Part shown: positions 55,392 through 64,000 of the stretch, piece after piece
How positions within the stretch are numbered: position 1 is the stretch's first letter
How the letters are laid out: each line of letters opens with the position of its first letter
DNA from: a bacterium
GTDB lineage: Bacteria > Patescibacteriota > Minisyncoccia > UBA6257 > GWB1-50-10
Direction of reading: 5' to 3'
Length of the DNA stretch: 64,000 nt
NCBI GenBank assembly: GCA_021814165.1
Contig: JAKAIX010000001.1
Span: 77,623-141,622 of the forward strand
The notes under the pieces: model-generated
Databases searched by the model: none
What the model saw: the letters and a program-made list of their open reading frames with translations, nothing else
Told to the model about the DNA's origin: nothing
Translations under genes and position numbers: made by a program

Positions 55392-55781
55392 ATGAGAATA
55401 CTCGTCACCGCATCATTCGGCGATTCCGAAGAGGAAACAAAAAGGGTATGTGCCGCGGTGCGAAACGCCGGTTTCGAGGATTTTTGTTTTGTGAGAGACG
55501 TGGAACACTACCAGAAGGTATTCGACGATCCGAAGGAACTGATGAAGAGAGCCAAGGAAGAAATAGAAAAATCGGATGCGCTTCTCATAGACATGACCGA
55601 TAAGCCCACGGGAAGGGCGATCGAGGCGGGGATAGCATACGCGCTAGGGAAAAGAATCATTGTTATTATGAAGCGAGGAACGCAAATAAAAGACACGACG
55701 AGAGGCATTGCCGATATAATAATCGAATACGATATTATCGAAGATATAACCTCGAAGCTTGGAAAAACTCTAGTAGAATAA
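55392..55781 (+). CDS. Nucleoside 2-deoxyribosyltransferase-like protein
   Basis: LLIDMTDKPTGRAIEAGIAYALGKRIIVI is the NDT/DUF4406-type active-site region. Confidence 0.55.
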   Translation: MRILVTASFGDSEEETKRVCAAVRNAGFEDFCFVRDVEHYQKVFDDPKELMKRAKEEIEKSDALLIDMTDKPTGRAIEAGIAYALGKRIIVIMKRGTQIKDTTRGIADIIIEYDIIEDITSKLGKTLVE

Positions 55782-55785
55782 CTAT

Positions 55786-56385
55786 ATGAATATTTGTGTT
55801 TTTGGAGACAGTATAACGTGGGGTGCACACGACTTTGAAAAAGGAGGCTGGGTTGAACGACTAAAATCATACTGCTTGGAGAATCATAATGGCGTCAATG
55901 TTTACAATCTCGGTATTCCGGGTAACACCACCGAGGACCTACTGAAACGTTTCGAAAACGAAGCAAAAACAAGAGAACCAAAGGTGGTTATATTTGCTAT
56001 AGGAATCAATGATTCGTTATACATGCAAACGAAGGGTGATTATAATGTGAGCCTTGATAAATTCAAAGATAACCTCTCAAAACTAATAGAGATTGCAAGG
56101 ACAATTACTAATACAATCGTCTTCATAGGTCTTATTCGTGTTGATGAATCAAAAACAACGCCAAGGCCTCGTGGTATTCCCGGAAGATATTATAAGAATG
56201 AGAGTATAAATAGGTATGACTCGGTTATTAAAGAGTTTTGTGAACGAAACAACTTTGACCACATAGATACGGGGGAAGTGATCAATATTGAAGATCTTGA
56301 GGATGGCCTGCATCCAAACTCAAGGGGACACGAGAAAATGTTTAAGGTAATTAAGAGCGCTATAGAAAAGTTTTTATCAAAATAA
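55786..56385 (+). CDS. SGNH/GDSL hydrolase
   Basis: FGDSIT (block I), GINDS (block III), DGLHPN (block V). Confidence 0.8.
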   Translation: MNICVFGDSITWGAHDFEKGGWVERLKSYCLENHNGVNVYNLGIPGNTTEDLLKRFENEAKTREPKVVIFAIGINDSLYMQTKGDYNVSLDKFKDNLSKLIEIARTITNTIVFIGLIRVDESKTTPRPRGIPGRYYKNESINRYDSVIKEFCERNNFDHIDTGEVINIEDLEDGLHPNSRGHEKMFKVIKSAIEKFLSK

Positions 56386-56393
56386 AAAGGAAG

Positions 56394-56419
56394 CCTGCCA
56401 AGATTTTCATCCTGGCAGG
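56394..56419 (-). terminator. Hairpin with T tract on minus strand
   Basis: cctgccaagattttcatcctggcagg; its reverse complement is followed by cttcctttttatttt. Confidence 0.5.
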
Positions 56420-56434
56420 TGATGCGATGAACTG

Positions 56435-56659
56435 TCATAAATCAGAGATATGAATATGGTTTCCCTGCGAATAAATGCGGTATTCTTTTCCGCATTCACA
56501 CACAAGAACTTTATCCCTTTCATCCTCACGGGTGTTGACTCCATGTTTAAAACTCTTGTCGCCAGATTCTTTATCCAGCAGACCATTCCTCCCACAATTA
56601 CACACAATATCAATCAACAGTTTCCCATTACTGGCAGGTTGGATTCTTACTGATTTCAA
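56435..56659 (-). CDS. Hypothetical small zinc-ribbon protein (74 aa)
   Basis: CNCG...CECG pairs; followed by the minus-strand terminator. Confidence 0.4.
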   Translation of the reverse strand: MKSVRIQPASNGKLLIDIVCNCGRNGLLDKESGDKSFKHGVNTREDERDKVLVCECGKEYRIYSQGNHIHISDL

Positions 56660-56720
56660 GGTACCTCCTCCATTTAGTTGAAGTAATGCTAAAATGAAGA
56701 TGAAATATTGTCAAAACTAA

Positions 56721-56966
56721 TTGAGACACATGGCAGAAACTGGAAAAATAAAACCGGGGAAGTATAAGCATTTCAAAGGGGATGTGATGGAAGTGATCGG
56801 TACGGCACTTCACAGCGAGACACTTGAAGAATTCGCTGTCTACAAACACATTACCGGCGAGAGGGCGGGCGAATCCCATTACTGGATACGGCCCGCTGCG
56901 ATGTTTTTTGAAGAAGTCGAAGTAAATGGCAAGAAAATTCCGCGATTCGAGTACATCGGGGAATAA
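56721..56966 (+). CDS. DUF1653-like small protein
   Basis: YKHFKGDVMEVIGTALHSETLEEFAVYKH...WIRP pattern. Confidence 0.55.
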   Translation: MRHMAETGKIKPGKYKHFKGDVMEVIGTALHSETLEEFAVYKHITGERAGESHYWIRPAAMFFEEVEVNGKKIPRFEYIGE

Positions 56967-56974
56967 TTTTTCAC

Positions 56975-57160
56975 ATGAAAAAGAAGAATATAAAACGCAC
57001 CATCGAATTGCTTCACCATTTCCGATGCGGAACATGCGACAAATGGTGGTCGGTAGGGGATGCCCCGAGATCGAAGCGAAGCTGGTTTTGCCCGTGGTGC
57101 GGGGCGAAAAATCAGTATACAATATCAAAAAATGCGGGAACTCGAGAAAACAACTCATAA
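56975..57160 (+). CDS. Small zinc-ribbon protein (61 aa)
   Basis: CGTCDKWW...CPWCGAK. Overlaps the MazG start by 29 nt, so one of the two starts is probably wrong. Confidence 0.4.
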   Translation: MKKKNIKRTIELLHHFRCGTCDKWWSVGDAPRSKRSWFCPWCGAKNQYTISKNAGTRENNS

Positions 57161-57521
57161 GTACCTGAAGGAACGGGGATGGGATCATCTTCTCCCGGGA
57201 GATATCGCAAAATCGATAATGATCGAGGGAGCGGAGCTCCTTGAATGTTTTCAGTGGGAAAATCCGACGCTTGAAAAAGTCCGCGGGAACAAGGAAAAAA
57301 TCGAAGAAATAAAAAAAGAACTCGCCGACGTCCTGATTTATGCGCTCGAACTCGCGGTGCTTCTCAAGCTGGATACGAAGAAAATAGTCGAAGAGAAACT
57401 CGCGCATTCCGCAAAGAAATATCCGGCGCATCTCATGAAAAAACACGCCAAGAAAAAATCCGGATCGGGGAAGGATTCCCTCTATTGGAAAATAAAGAAG
57501 GAGTACAGGAAAGAACATTAG
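57132..57521 (+). CDS. MazG-like nucleotide pyrophosphohydrolase
   Basis: EGAELLECFQW...ELADVLIYALELA. Confidence 0.7.
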   Translation: MRELEKTTHKYLKERGWDHLLPGDIAKSIMIEGAELLECFQWENPTLEKVRGNKEKIEEIKKELADVLIYALELAVLLKLDTKKIVEEKLAHSAKKYPAHLMKKHAKKKSGSGKDSLYWKIKKEYRKEH

Positions 57522-57529
57522 AAGATCTT

Positions 57530-58537
57530 ATGCCGCAAAAATCCTTTCAAGTCACAAAAGAACAACAGATAGCCGAACTGACATCGAGAATACCTCCGAT
57601 TCTGAACGTAGATCTCGTAATCGTGAAGAAAAATAAATATCTCATCGGCCGCCGCAATAAGGCGAGCGCCGCTCAAAAGCAGGATTGGGAGAAATGGCTC
57701 TTCCCGGGAGGACGTATGCGATACACGGAGACACCGCAGGAAACGGCTCTCCGAATTCTGAAGAACGAGGCTCCGGGAGTGAAGGCGCGCCTTAAAAAAC
57801 TCGTTACCGCCATATCGGACAGAGGAACGGATAAGAGATCATACGGCGTGACTCTTTTTTATCTTTTTGAATATCTTTCGGGTACGCCGAGGAAAAATAT
57901 CCAAATGAGCGGCTTTAAGTGGGTCACAAAAGATAAACTTCTAAGACTCAAAAGAGCGTACTCACTGAACAAAAAGATAGTGGGAGAAATTGACCTCGCG
58001 ATCAGAACGATGAACACCAATACGGACGAAATATTGGTGGAGGTTGATCGAAACAACAAGGTAATCGGCGAGATAATAAAAAGAGACGCACACAACGACA
58101 GGAATCGTTTTCATAGAGCAGCCCATATAGCCATTTTCAACAGCAGGGGAGAAATAATTCTCCAAAAGAGAAGCGAGAATCTCGTTATCGCTCCCGGCCT
58201 TTGGGATATCGCGGGAGGACACCAAGCCGCGGGACAAACCATCAATCAGACGGCACAGGCGGAATTGTCAGAAGAACTCGGTATCTCATGTTCATTGTTA
58301 CTCAAAGGAATTTATCCTTATCGCTCAAAAATACAATCGGAGTTCAATTATCTCTTCTACGGCATTCACGACGGCCCTTACGGATTCGACAGAAACGAGG
58401 TTGCCGAACTAAAAGCGTTTGATTGCAAGAAATTACTGTCGAAAAAATACACGCACATGAAATTCCTCCCGCATGTATTCCAATACGTACGTGATTTGAA
58501 AAGCGTTTGGGAATCTCTCGCAAAACAAAAGAAATGA
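57530..58537 (+). CDS. Tandem-NUDIX protein (two Nudix-fold halves)
   Basis: First half GGRMRYTETPQETALRILKNEAP. Second half GGHQAAGQTINQTAQAELSEELGI. Confidence 0.7.
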   Translation: MPQKSFQVTKEQQIAELTSRIPPILNVDLVIVKKNKYLIGRRNKASAAQKQDWEKWLFPGGRMRYTETPQETALRILKNEAPGVKARLKKLVTAISDRGTDKRSYGVTLFYLFEYLSGTPRKNIQMSGFKWVTKDKLLRLKRAYSLNKKIVGEIDLAIRTMNTNTDEILVEVDRNNKVIGEIIKRDAHNDRNRFHRAAHIAIFNSRGEIILQKRSENLVIAPGLWDIAGGHQAAGQTINQTAQAELSEELGISCSLLLKGIYPYRSKIQSEFNYLFYGIHDGPYGFDRNEVAELKAFDCKKLLSKKYTHMKFLPHVFQYVRDLKSVWESLAKQKK

Positions 58538-59034
58538 AGAAAACAAAAAAGAAAAAGGTGACGGTGGCGGTATCGGGAGGTTTCGACCCGCTTCACGTCG
58601 GCCACGTCCGAATGTTCAAGGAAGCGAAAAAGCTCGGAGACACGCTCGTCGTGATTTTGAATAACGATAACTGGCTCAGGAAGAAAAAGGGATATGTGTT
58701 TATGTCGGACAAGGAACGGAAAGAGCTTATTGAGGCGATCGAATGCGTCGACAAAGTGATTATTTCGAAACATCCGCAGAATCCGAAAGACATGAGCATA
58801 TCGAAAGAGCTTTCATATCTCCGCCCTCACGTATTCGCGAACGGAGGCGACAGAAATAAGAAAGACGCCGCAAACCCGAACTCTTCGCTTTTTAAAGACA
58901 TACGAACATGTGAGAAAGCCGGAATAAGGATCGTGTACAACGTAGGGAAGGGCGGGAAGATACAGTCAAGTTCGTGGCTCCTTGCGAAATACTTCGATGT
59001 TGTAGGAAAAAAGAAAAACCAACATGGAAGATAA
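58534..59034 (+). CDS. Cytidylyl/adenylyltransferase-like nucleotidyltransferase (GlpT/RfaE domain II-like)
   Basis: VAVSGGFDPLHVGHVRMF is the HxGH motif. Confidence 0.7.
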   Translation: MKKTKKKKVTVAVSGGFDPLHVGHVRMFKEAKKLGDTLVVILNNDNWLRKKKGYVFMSDKERKELIEAIECVDKVIISKHPQNPKDMSISKELSYLRPHVFANGGDRNKKDAANPNSSLFKDIRTCEKAGIRIVYNVGKGGKIQSSSWLLAKYFDVVGKKKNQHGR

Positions 59035-59476
59035 AAGGAAAATGGGCATCGGCATCGGCGTGATGCTTCTAAAAGATGGGGAAATATTGCTCGGAAAACG
59101 GCACGACGAACCCGAAAAAGCCGATAGCGCGCTCCACGGCGAAGGCACCTGGACGTTCCCCGGAGGAAAACTCGACTTCGGCGAGAACTTCGAAGACGGA
59201 GCATATCGGGAAACATTCGAAGAAACGGGCATTCGTATCGATAAAAACAAGCTAAGGATCATAAGCGTGTCCAACGACCGGACCGAGACGGCTCATTTCG
59301 TGACGATCGGATTTCTTTGCGAGGCATTCGAAGGTGAACCCGAAACGAAAGAACCGGACGAGATAACCGAATGGAAATGGTTTCCCCTCGCCAATCTCCC
59401 AAATCCGATATTCTTTCCGGTAAAGAAAGCGCTGGATAATTACTCGAATGGAAGAATCTACAATAAAGACCTCTAA
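59024..59476 (+). CDS. NUDIX hydrolase
   Basis: [24 protein letters not shown]. Confidence 0.8.
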   Translation: MEDKRKMGIGIGVMLLKDGEILLGKRHDEPEKADSALHGEGTWTFPGGKLDFGENFEDGAYRETFEETGIRIDKNKLRIISVSNDRTETAHFVTIGFLCEAFEGEPETKEPDEITEWKWFPLANLPNPIFFPVKKALDNYSNGRIYNKDL

Positions 59477-59945
59477 AGTCACGCCGAGAAGGCCTCTTAC
59501 CCTTTGTATCATCCATGAACACCCGCGGGTGCTCCTCGGGATGAAAAAGCGCGGATTCGGCGCGGGACGATGGAACGGCTTTGGGGGAAAATTAAAGGAA
59601 GGGGAAACAATCGAAGACGCGGCAAAAAGGGAAGTTCTCGAGGAAATCAGCGTCGTTGCGCGTGACCTTGAAAAACGAGGGATTATTGAATTCGAATTTC
59701 AGGGAAATCCGGAAATCCTCGAAGTTCACATATTCAGAGTGAACGGCTTTTCCGGTACCCCAAAAGAGAGCGAAGAAATGAAACCCGAGTGGTTTCACGT
59801 TGATCAAATTCCGTATGAAGCGATGTGGCCGGATGATGTGTTCTGGCTCCCGCTCTTTCTTAAGGGGAAAAAATTCAAAGGAAGATTCCTTTTCGGCGAT
59901 AATGATTCCATACTCGAACAAGAGCTTTCCGAACAAAACGACTGA
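59448..59945 (+). CDS. NUDIX hydrolase (MutT-like)
   Basis: [24 protein letters not shown]. Confidence 0.8.
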   Translation: MEESTIKTSKVTPRRPLTLCIIHEHPRVLLGMKKRGFGAGRWNGFGGKLKEGETIEDAAKREVLEEISVVARDLEKRGIIEFEFQGNPEILEVHIFRVNGFSGTPKESEEMKPEWFHVDQIPYEAMWPDDVFWLPLFLKGKKFKGRFLFGDNDSILEQELSEQND

Positions 59946-59950
59946 AGAAA

Positions 59951-60625
59951 ATGGCTACACTCTACATCGTTGCCACGCCGATAGGAAACCTGAAAGACCT
60001 CACGCTTCGCGCAATTGAGGTTTTGCGAGAAGCCGATTTGGTACTCGCCGAGGACACGAGGGTGATACAAAAAATACTGAATCATCTGGACATTCGGAAA
60101 CCCGTGTGGCGCGCCGATGAATACGCGCACGATTCTTTTTATAAAAAAGTTGCCGAGTTTCTTCAAACGGGAAAAAATGTAGCGTTCGTGAGCGATGCGG
60201 GCACGCCGGGAATAGCCGATCCCGGATCGAAACTCGTAAATTACATAAGCGAATATGCTCCGGACACCCGCATCGTACCGGTTCCGGGCGCCTCCGCGGT
60301 CGCCGCACTCCTCTCGGTAGCGGGAATTAATACCAACGAATTCACGTTCGTAGGGTACCCGCCCCACAAAAAAGGGAGGGAGACGTTCTTCAAGAATCTC
60401 GTCGAAATCAAAGTCCGTCCTATTGTTCTTTACGAATCGCCGCATCGGCTTCAGAAGACCCTGGAAGGAATCGAGAAAGCATTTGGAAAAAACCAAAACA
60501 TCGTCGTGGGGAAAGAACTCACGAAATTGCATGAAGAAATTTGGCGCGGTACGCCGGGAGAAGCAAAGGAGTATTTCAAAGGTGAAAAGGGGAGAGGGGA
60601 GTTTACCATAACGATAAATGACTGA
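59951..60625 (+). CDS. rsmI: 16S rRNA (cytidine1402-2'-O)-methyltransferase RsmI
   Basis: MATLYIVATPIGNLKDLTLRAIEVLREADLVLAEDTR is the tetrapyrrole-methylase fold. Confidence 0.88.
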   Translation: MATLYIVATPIGNLKDLTLRAIEVLREADLVLAEDTRVIQKILNHLDIRKPVWRADEYAHDSFYKKVAEFLQTGKNVAFVSDAGTPGIADPGSKLVNYISEYAPDTRIVPVPGASAVAALLSVAGINTNEFTFVGYPPHKKGRETFFKNLVEIKVRPIVLYESPHRLQKTLEGIEKAFGKNQNIVVGKELTKLHEEIWRGTPGEAKEYFKGEKGRGEFTITIND

Positions 60626-61295
60626 CGACCTTCAAACGATGAACCAAAACAAGGAGGCCCGGCCTCCGCGAGGGGGAAACCGGGCCTCCGAATATTCCTA
60701 CCGCACCTCCAAACGCATCTTCGATCTCGTGATTGGTTCCATCGCTTTTGCGTTCACTCTCCCGTTTTACCCCTTCGCGATGCTCGCGATTTTTCTCGAA
60801 AGCGGACTCCCCGTCTTTGTCGAGCTCGATCGGGTAAGCGAGGGAGGAATCGTGAAGGTATACAAGTTCAGAAGTATGGTGAAAAACGCCCCCGAGATGA
60901 AACGGGAGCTTCTGCAATTCAACGAACGCAAGGACGGACCGCTCTTCAAGATGACGCGCGACCCCCGGGTCACGAAGGCGGGAAAATGGCTCAGGAAGCT
61001 CAGAATTGACGAGTTTCCGCAGGTAATAAACGTTCTCCAGGGGCGTCTCGCGCTCGTGGGTCCGCGTCCGCACGAACCGGAGGAAGTGGCGCAGTATCCC
61101 GAGAAGTACAGGGTAATTACCCAAGCACGCGGGGGACTTACCGGGCTTTCGCAGGTGCGGGGAGCGTCGCTTCTTCCCTTCATTAGGGAACTTGAGTTTG
61201 ACAAGGAGTATCTCGAACACCAGTCCGTATGGCTGGATATCGTCATTCTCTGGAAAACATTCGTCATTTTTTTCTCCAATCCCACCGGAGTATAA
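60618..61295 (+). CDS. Bacterial sugar transferase (undecaprenyl-phosphate hexose-1-phosphate transferase, WbaP C-domain-like)
   Basis: KRIFDLVIGSIAFAFTLP...KFRSM...DELPQ-like (DEFPQVINVLQG) motifs. A family-A-like palindrome lies in the N-terminal codons. Confidence 0.75.
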   Translation: MTDDLQTMNQNKEARPPRGGNRASEYSYRTSKRIFDLVIGSIAFAFTLPFYPFAMLAIFLESGLPVFVELDRVSEGGIVKVYKFRSMVKNAPEMKRELLQFNERKDGPLFKMTRDPRVTKAGKWLRKLRIDEFPQVINVLQGRLALVGPRPHEPEEVAQYPEKYRVITQARGGLTGLSQVRGASLLPFIRELEFDKEYLEHQSVWLDIVILWKTFVIFFSNPTGV

Positions 61296-61334
61296 CCCGA
61301 AAAGCCGTGGCTTGATGAAAAAGTCGTGGTATAA

Positions 61335-62393
61335 TTGGAATACTCTATGATTGTGTTTGCCGCAACGCGAGTGCTCATTATGTTCGCGCTTTCCTTCACG
61401 GTTGCGCTGATACTTACGCCGTTCGTATTCCGCCTTCTTGAACGCTTCAACCTGAGAAAAAACAACATCCGCGACAAGGAGAGCGCGCCTATTTTCCATC
61501 AGTTTCACAAAGACAAGGCGAGTACGCCCACGATGGGCGGCATTATCGTCTGGGCTACGGTGCTCGGTCTCGCTTTTCTTTTTTTCGCGTTCGGGAACCT
61601 GTTCGACGGCTTTGCGGACTATTTCAATTTCGTGAACCGCTCCGAGACATATCTTCCGCTTGCGGCGCTATTTCTCGCGGCGATTGTTGGGCTCATCGAC
61701 GATCTTATGGGAATTAGAGGAAAGGGACCGCACGGCGGCGGGCTAAGGATGAAACATAAGCTTCTTCTCTATACCGGGGTCGCGGTGCTCGCGGCATGGT
61801 GGTTCTATTTTCGTCTCGGATGGGATACCTTGTACGTCCCGTTCATAGGAACATTCGATATCGGTTGGTGGTACATTCCGTTTTTCATTTTCGTGCTTGT
61901 TGCAAGCGCATTCTCCGCAAATGAAGCGGACGGACTCGATGGTCTTGCGGGCGGCGTGCTTCTTCTCTCGTTTGTCGCGCTTACTGTCGTCTCGTTCGTC
62001 TTGCATCGGTACGATCTCGCCGTTATGCAGGCGGCAATCATAGGATCGCTCCTCGCATTTTTATGGTTCAACATTCATCCCGCGAAATTTTTCATGGGAG
62101 ATACGGGATCAATGTCTCTGGGAATTACGCTGGGCGTAATCGCGATGCTTACGAATACCGCACTCTTTCTTCCGTTCTTCGCTTCCGTCTTGATCCTTGA
62201 ATCTTGCTCCGTGATTCTTCAAGTAGCGAGCAAGAAGCTGCGGAAGAAAAAATTATTTCATTCGACGCCGATTCATCACCATTTCCAGGCGCTCGGATGG
62301 CCCGAAAGCCAGATCACGATGCGGTTTTGGATTATCGGCGCTCTTACGACGGTTTTGGGACTCGTGCTGTTCTTCCTTGCCCAGTTCGCGTAA
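61335..62393 (+). CDS. mraY: Phospho-N-acetylmuramoyl-pentapeptide transferase MraY
   Basis: NEADGLDGLAGG, PAKFFMGDTGS, HHHF. Confidence 0.92.
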   Translation: MEYSMIVFAATRVLIMFALSFTVALILTPFVFRLLERFNLRKNNIRDKESAPIFHQFHKDKASTPTMGGIIVWATVLGLAFLFFAFGNLFDGFADYFNFVNRSETYLPLAALFLAAIVGLIDDLMGIRGKGPHGGGLRMKHKLLLYTGVAVLAAWWFYFRLGWDTLYVPFIGTFDIGWWYIPFFIFVLVASAFSANEADGLDGLAGGVLLLSFVALTVVSFVLHRYDLAVMQAAIIGSLLAFLWFNIHPAKFFMGDTGSMSLGITLGVIAMLTNTALFLPFFASVLILESCSVILQVASKKLRKKKLFHSTPIHHHFQALGWPESQITMRFWIIGALTTVLGLVLFFLAQFA

Positions 62394-62441
62394 TAAAACG
62401 AAAACTTTTCACTTTGATTTTTAAATTTTAAATTTCGCATT

Positions 62442-63920
62442 ATGAGTATTCTTATAAAAAACGGAACAGTATATGACGGGACAGGCGCGCCGCCTCAAAG
62501 AACGGACGTACTCATACAGGAAACGAAAATCGCGCGGCTCGGAAGTTTTCGGAAAGACAGCGTAAGTACGACAATCGACGCGACCGGTGCGATAGTGACT
62601 CCCGGTTTCATCGAGGTCGGCTTCAACGGGGAAGGACCGAACGGCATCCTGAACCCCGCTTCGGCGTCACCGCTCCTCGGAAAAGGCGTTACGACGGTCA
62701 TTGGGGGAAACGACGGCGTTTCCTTCGCGCCTTTCTCTTCGAAAACAGGCGCCGCAATGCGGGAGTGGGGGAGCGCCCTCCCGAACGCCCATTGGAGCTC
62801 GGTGAAAGAATTCCTCGCAATACTCGAAAAAAGGGAGCTTGGCGTGAATTGGGGAACCCTCGTCGGAGGATATACGCTCCGGAGCGCATGCGGAGCCGAT
62901 CCGGGAAGAGACATGACGGTCCATCAGATCGAAGCGGCGAAGCGTTTGCTTTCACAATCGCTCCTCGAAGGGGCGTTGGGCTGCTCGATCGATATGAGTC
63001 TTCCGCATTCGGAAACTATGCCGCTCAGCGAATGTATCACGCTTTTTAAGGTTATCGCCGAGAAGAAGGCAACGGGAGTGTTTCGTCCCCGCGTCACGGA
63101 CGATAATCCGATAGCGCCGATAGAAGAGGCATTCGTCATCGCAAGAGAATCGAATGCGAATATCGAACTCCGGCATCCACAATCCCTTTTCGTCACCGAA
63201 GAGTACGAGGACGCGTTACGGCTTCTCGACCAGGAGGTGGAAAGCACCAATACTCACTTCGATGTCTGTCCGTTTCCCGTAGCGACACTCCCTCTCACCG
63301 CATTCCTGCCGCACTGGTTCCGAGAAGGAAGTTTAAACGCGATGACAAGCGCACTCGGGGAAAAACACGCAAAAGATCGCCTCATCGCGCATTTCAGAAA
63401 AATAACCAAACAGAAAGGGGAGAGGATGGTCATCGCGGACGTTCCTCCGTCGTTAAACTTCCTTCGCGGAACAACGCTCTCGTCTTTTGCCGCGGACCGA
63501 GGCATCCAGCTTCCTCGGGCGATTCTCGCGTTCATGCATCTCACGAAACTCCGCGCGCGTATCTCGTACGAAGGCGTACGAAAATCCGCGTTCGAACATC
63601 TTTTGAGTCACCCGCGCTCGCTCGTCTCTCTGCACGGCCACATGACAAGGAAAGAAGAACATCCGATCCGCACGCTTCTCGAATGGGCGGAGAAAAAGAA
63701 GATGCCGCTCGAAAAAATGATTTATAAGCTTTCCGGTCTTCCTTCGGAAAAATACGGTATTGAGAAACGAGGGGCGCTTAAAGAAGGTTACTATGCCGAC
63801 CTCGTTATCCTCCGCGATTACAGGCCGGAAACGGTATTTGTAAACGGGACACAGGCAATGGAGGGAGGAATCCTGAAGAACGCCTCCAGAGGTCGGGTGA
63901 TTCGCGCTCCTCATCCGTAA
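62442..63920 (+). CDS. Amidohydrolase-superfamily protein (D-aminoacylase-like) lacking the HxH metal motif
   Basis: N-terminus IKNGTVYDGTGA...TPGFIEVGFNG. The usual PGFIDxHTH is replaced by GFN. Confidence 0.55.
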   Translation: MSILIKNGTVYDGTGAPPQRTDVLIQETKIARLGSFRKDSVSTTIDATGAIVTPGFIEVGFNGEGPNGILNPASASPLLGKGVTTVIGGNDGVSFAPFSSKTGAAMREWGSALPNAHWSSVKEFLAILEKRELGVNWGTLVGGYTLRSACGADPGRDMTVHQIEAAKRLLSQSLLEGALGCSIDMSLPHSETMPLSECITLFKVIAEKKATGVFRPRVTDDNPIAPIEEAFVIARESNANIELRHPQSLFVTEEYEDALRLLDQEVESTNTHFDVCPFPVATLPLTAFLPHWFREGSLNAMTSALGEKHAKDRLIAHFRKITKQKGERMVIADVPPSLNFLRGTTLSSFAADRGIQLPRAILAFMHLTKLRARISYEGVRKSAFEHLLSHPRSLVSLHGHMTRKEEHPIRTLLEWAEKKKMPLEKMIYKLSGLPSEKYGIEKRGALKEGYYADLVILRDYRPETVFVNGTQAMEGGILKNASRGRVIRAPHP

Positions 63921-64000
63921 CGCGCCGCCCACCATGAAGTTTATTCCACGACTTACAAAGGGAGGCACTCCCGATTACGTATTCATCGTATTTCTCATTA

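Noticed and set aside
1-64000. CRISPR arrays and rRNA genes
   Set aside because: No regularly spaced direct repeats with unique spacers were found. No 16S/23S/5S-like sequence is present. The tRNA-Ile and tRNA-Ala here are not in an rRNA spacer.

Overview
This 64-kb window looks like a small-genome, CPR/Patescibacteria-like bacterium at roughly 50% GC. It opens with the tail of the S10-spc-alpha ribosomal-protein operon on the + strand. Ribosomal protein L30 is absent (S5 is followed directly by L15), and L24 carries an extra C-terminal C4 zinc ribbon. About 100 mostly + strand genes follow: topA, dprA, glmS, tig, gyrB, rplJ-rplL, a reduced dcw cluster (mraZ-rsmH-ftsL-ftsI-murF, with mraY about 14 kb away), secA, rmuC and many NUDIX and MazG house-cleaning enzymes. 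Five intact tRNAs are present (Ile-GAT, Ala-TGC, Leu-GAG, Val-CAC, Glu-CTC). Three of them are tRNA-associated hotspots: partial tRNA copies, some with D-loop hairpin insertions, flank small standalone GIY-YIG nuclease genes, and a LAGLIDADG remnant sits next to tRNA-Leu. Immediately 3' of tRNA-Ala lies a roughly 3-kb AT-rich island. It encodes a single-domain receiver, an orphan histidine kinase, an HNH nuclease and a SAM methyltransferase, and is a candidate signalling-coupled defence or R-M module. Several intergenic repeat families occur. One is a conserved 42-nt core embedded in variable, compensatory hairpin arms (4 copies). Another is a perfect palindrome, CAATCTATCGAGGCCGGGCCTCGATAGATTG (at least 9 copies). 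Other notable features are two paralogous ~600-aa proteins with over 40 Cys each, a secreted tandem-repeat Cys protein and an ATP-cone/Mrr fusion. There are also MraZ-box direct repeats split from mraZ by a repeat insertion, a 140-nt near-perfect hairpin upstream of secA and an orphan promoter-terminator sRNA candidate. No CRISPR arrays or rRNA genes were seen.
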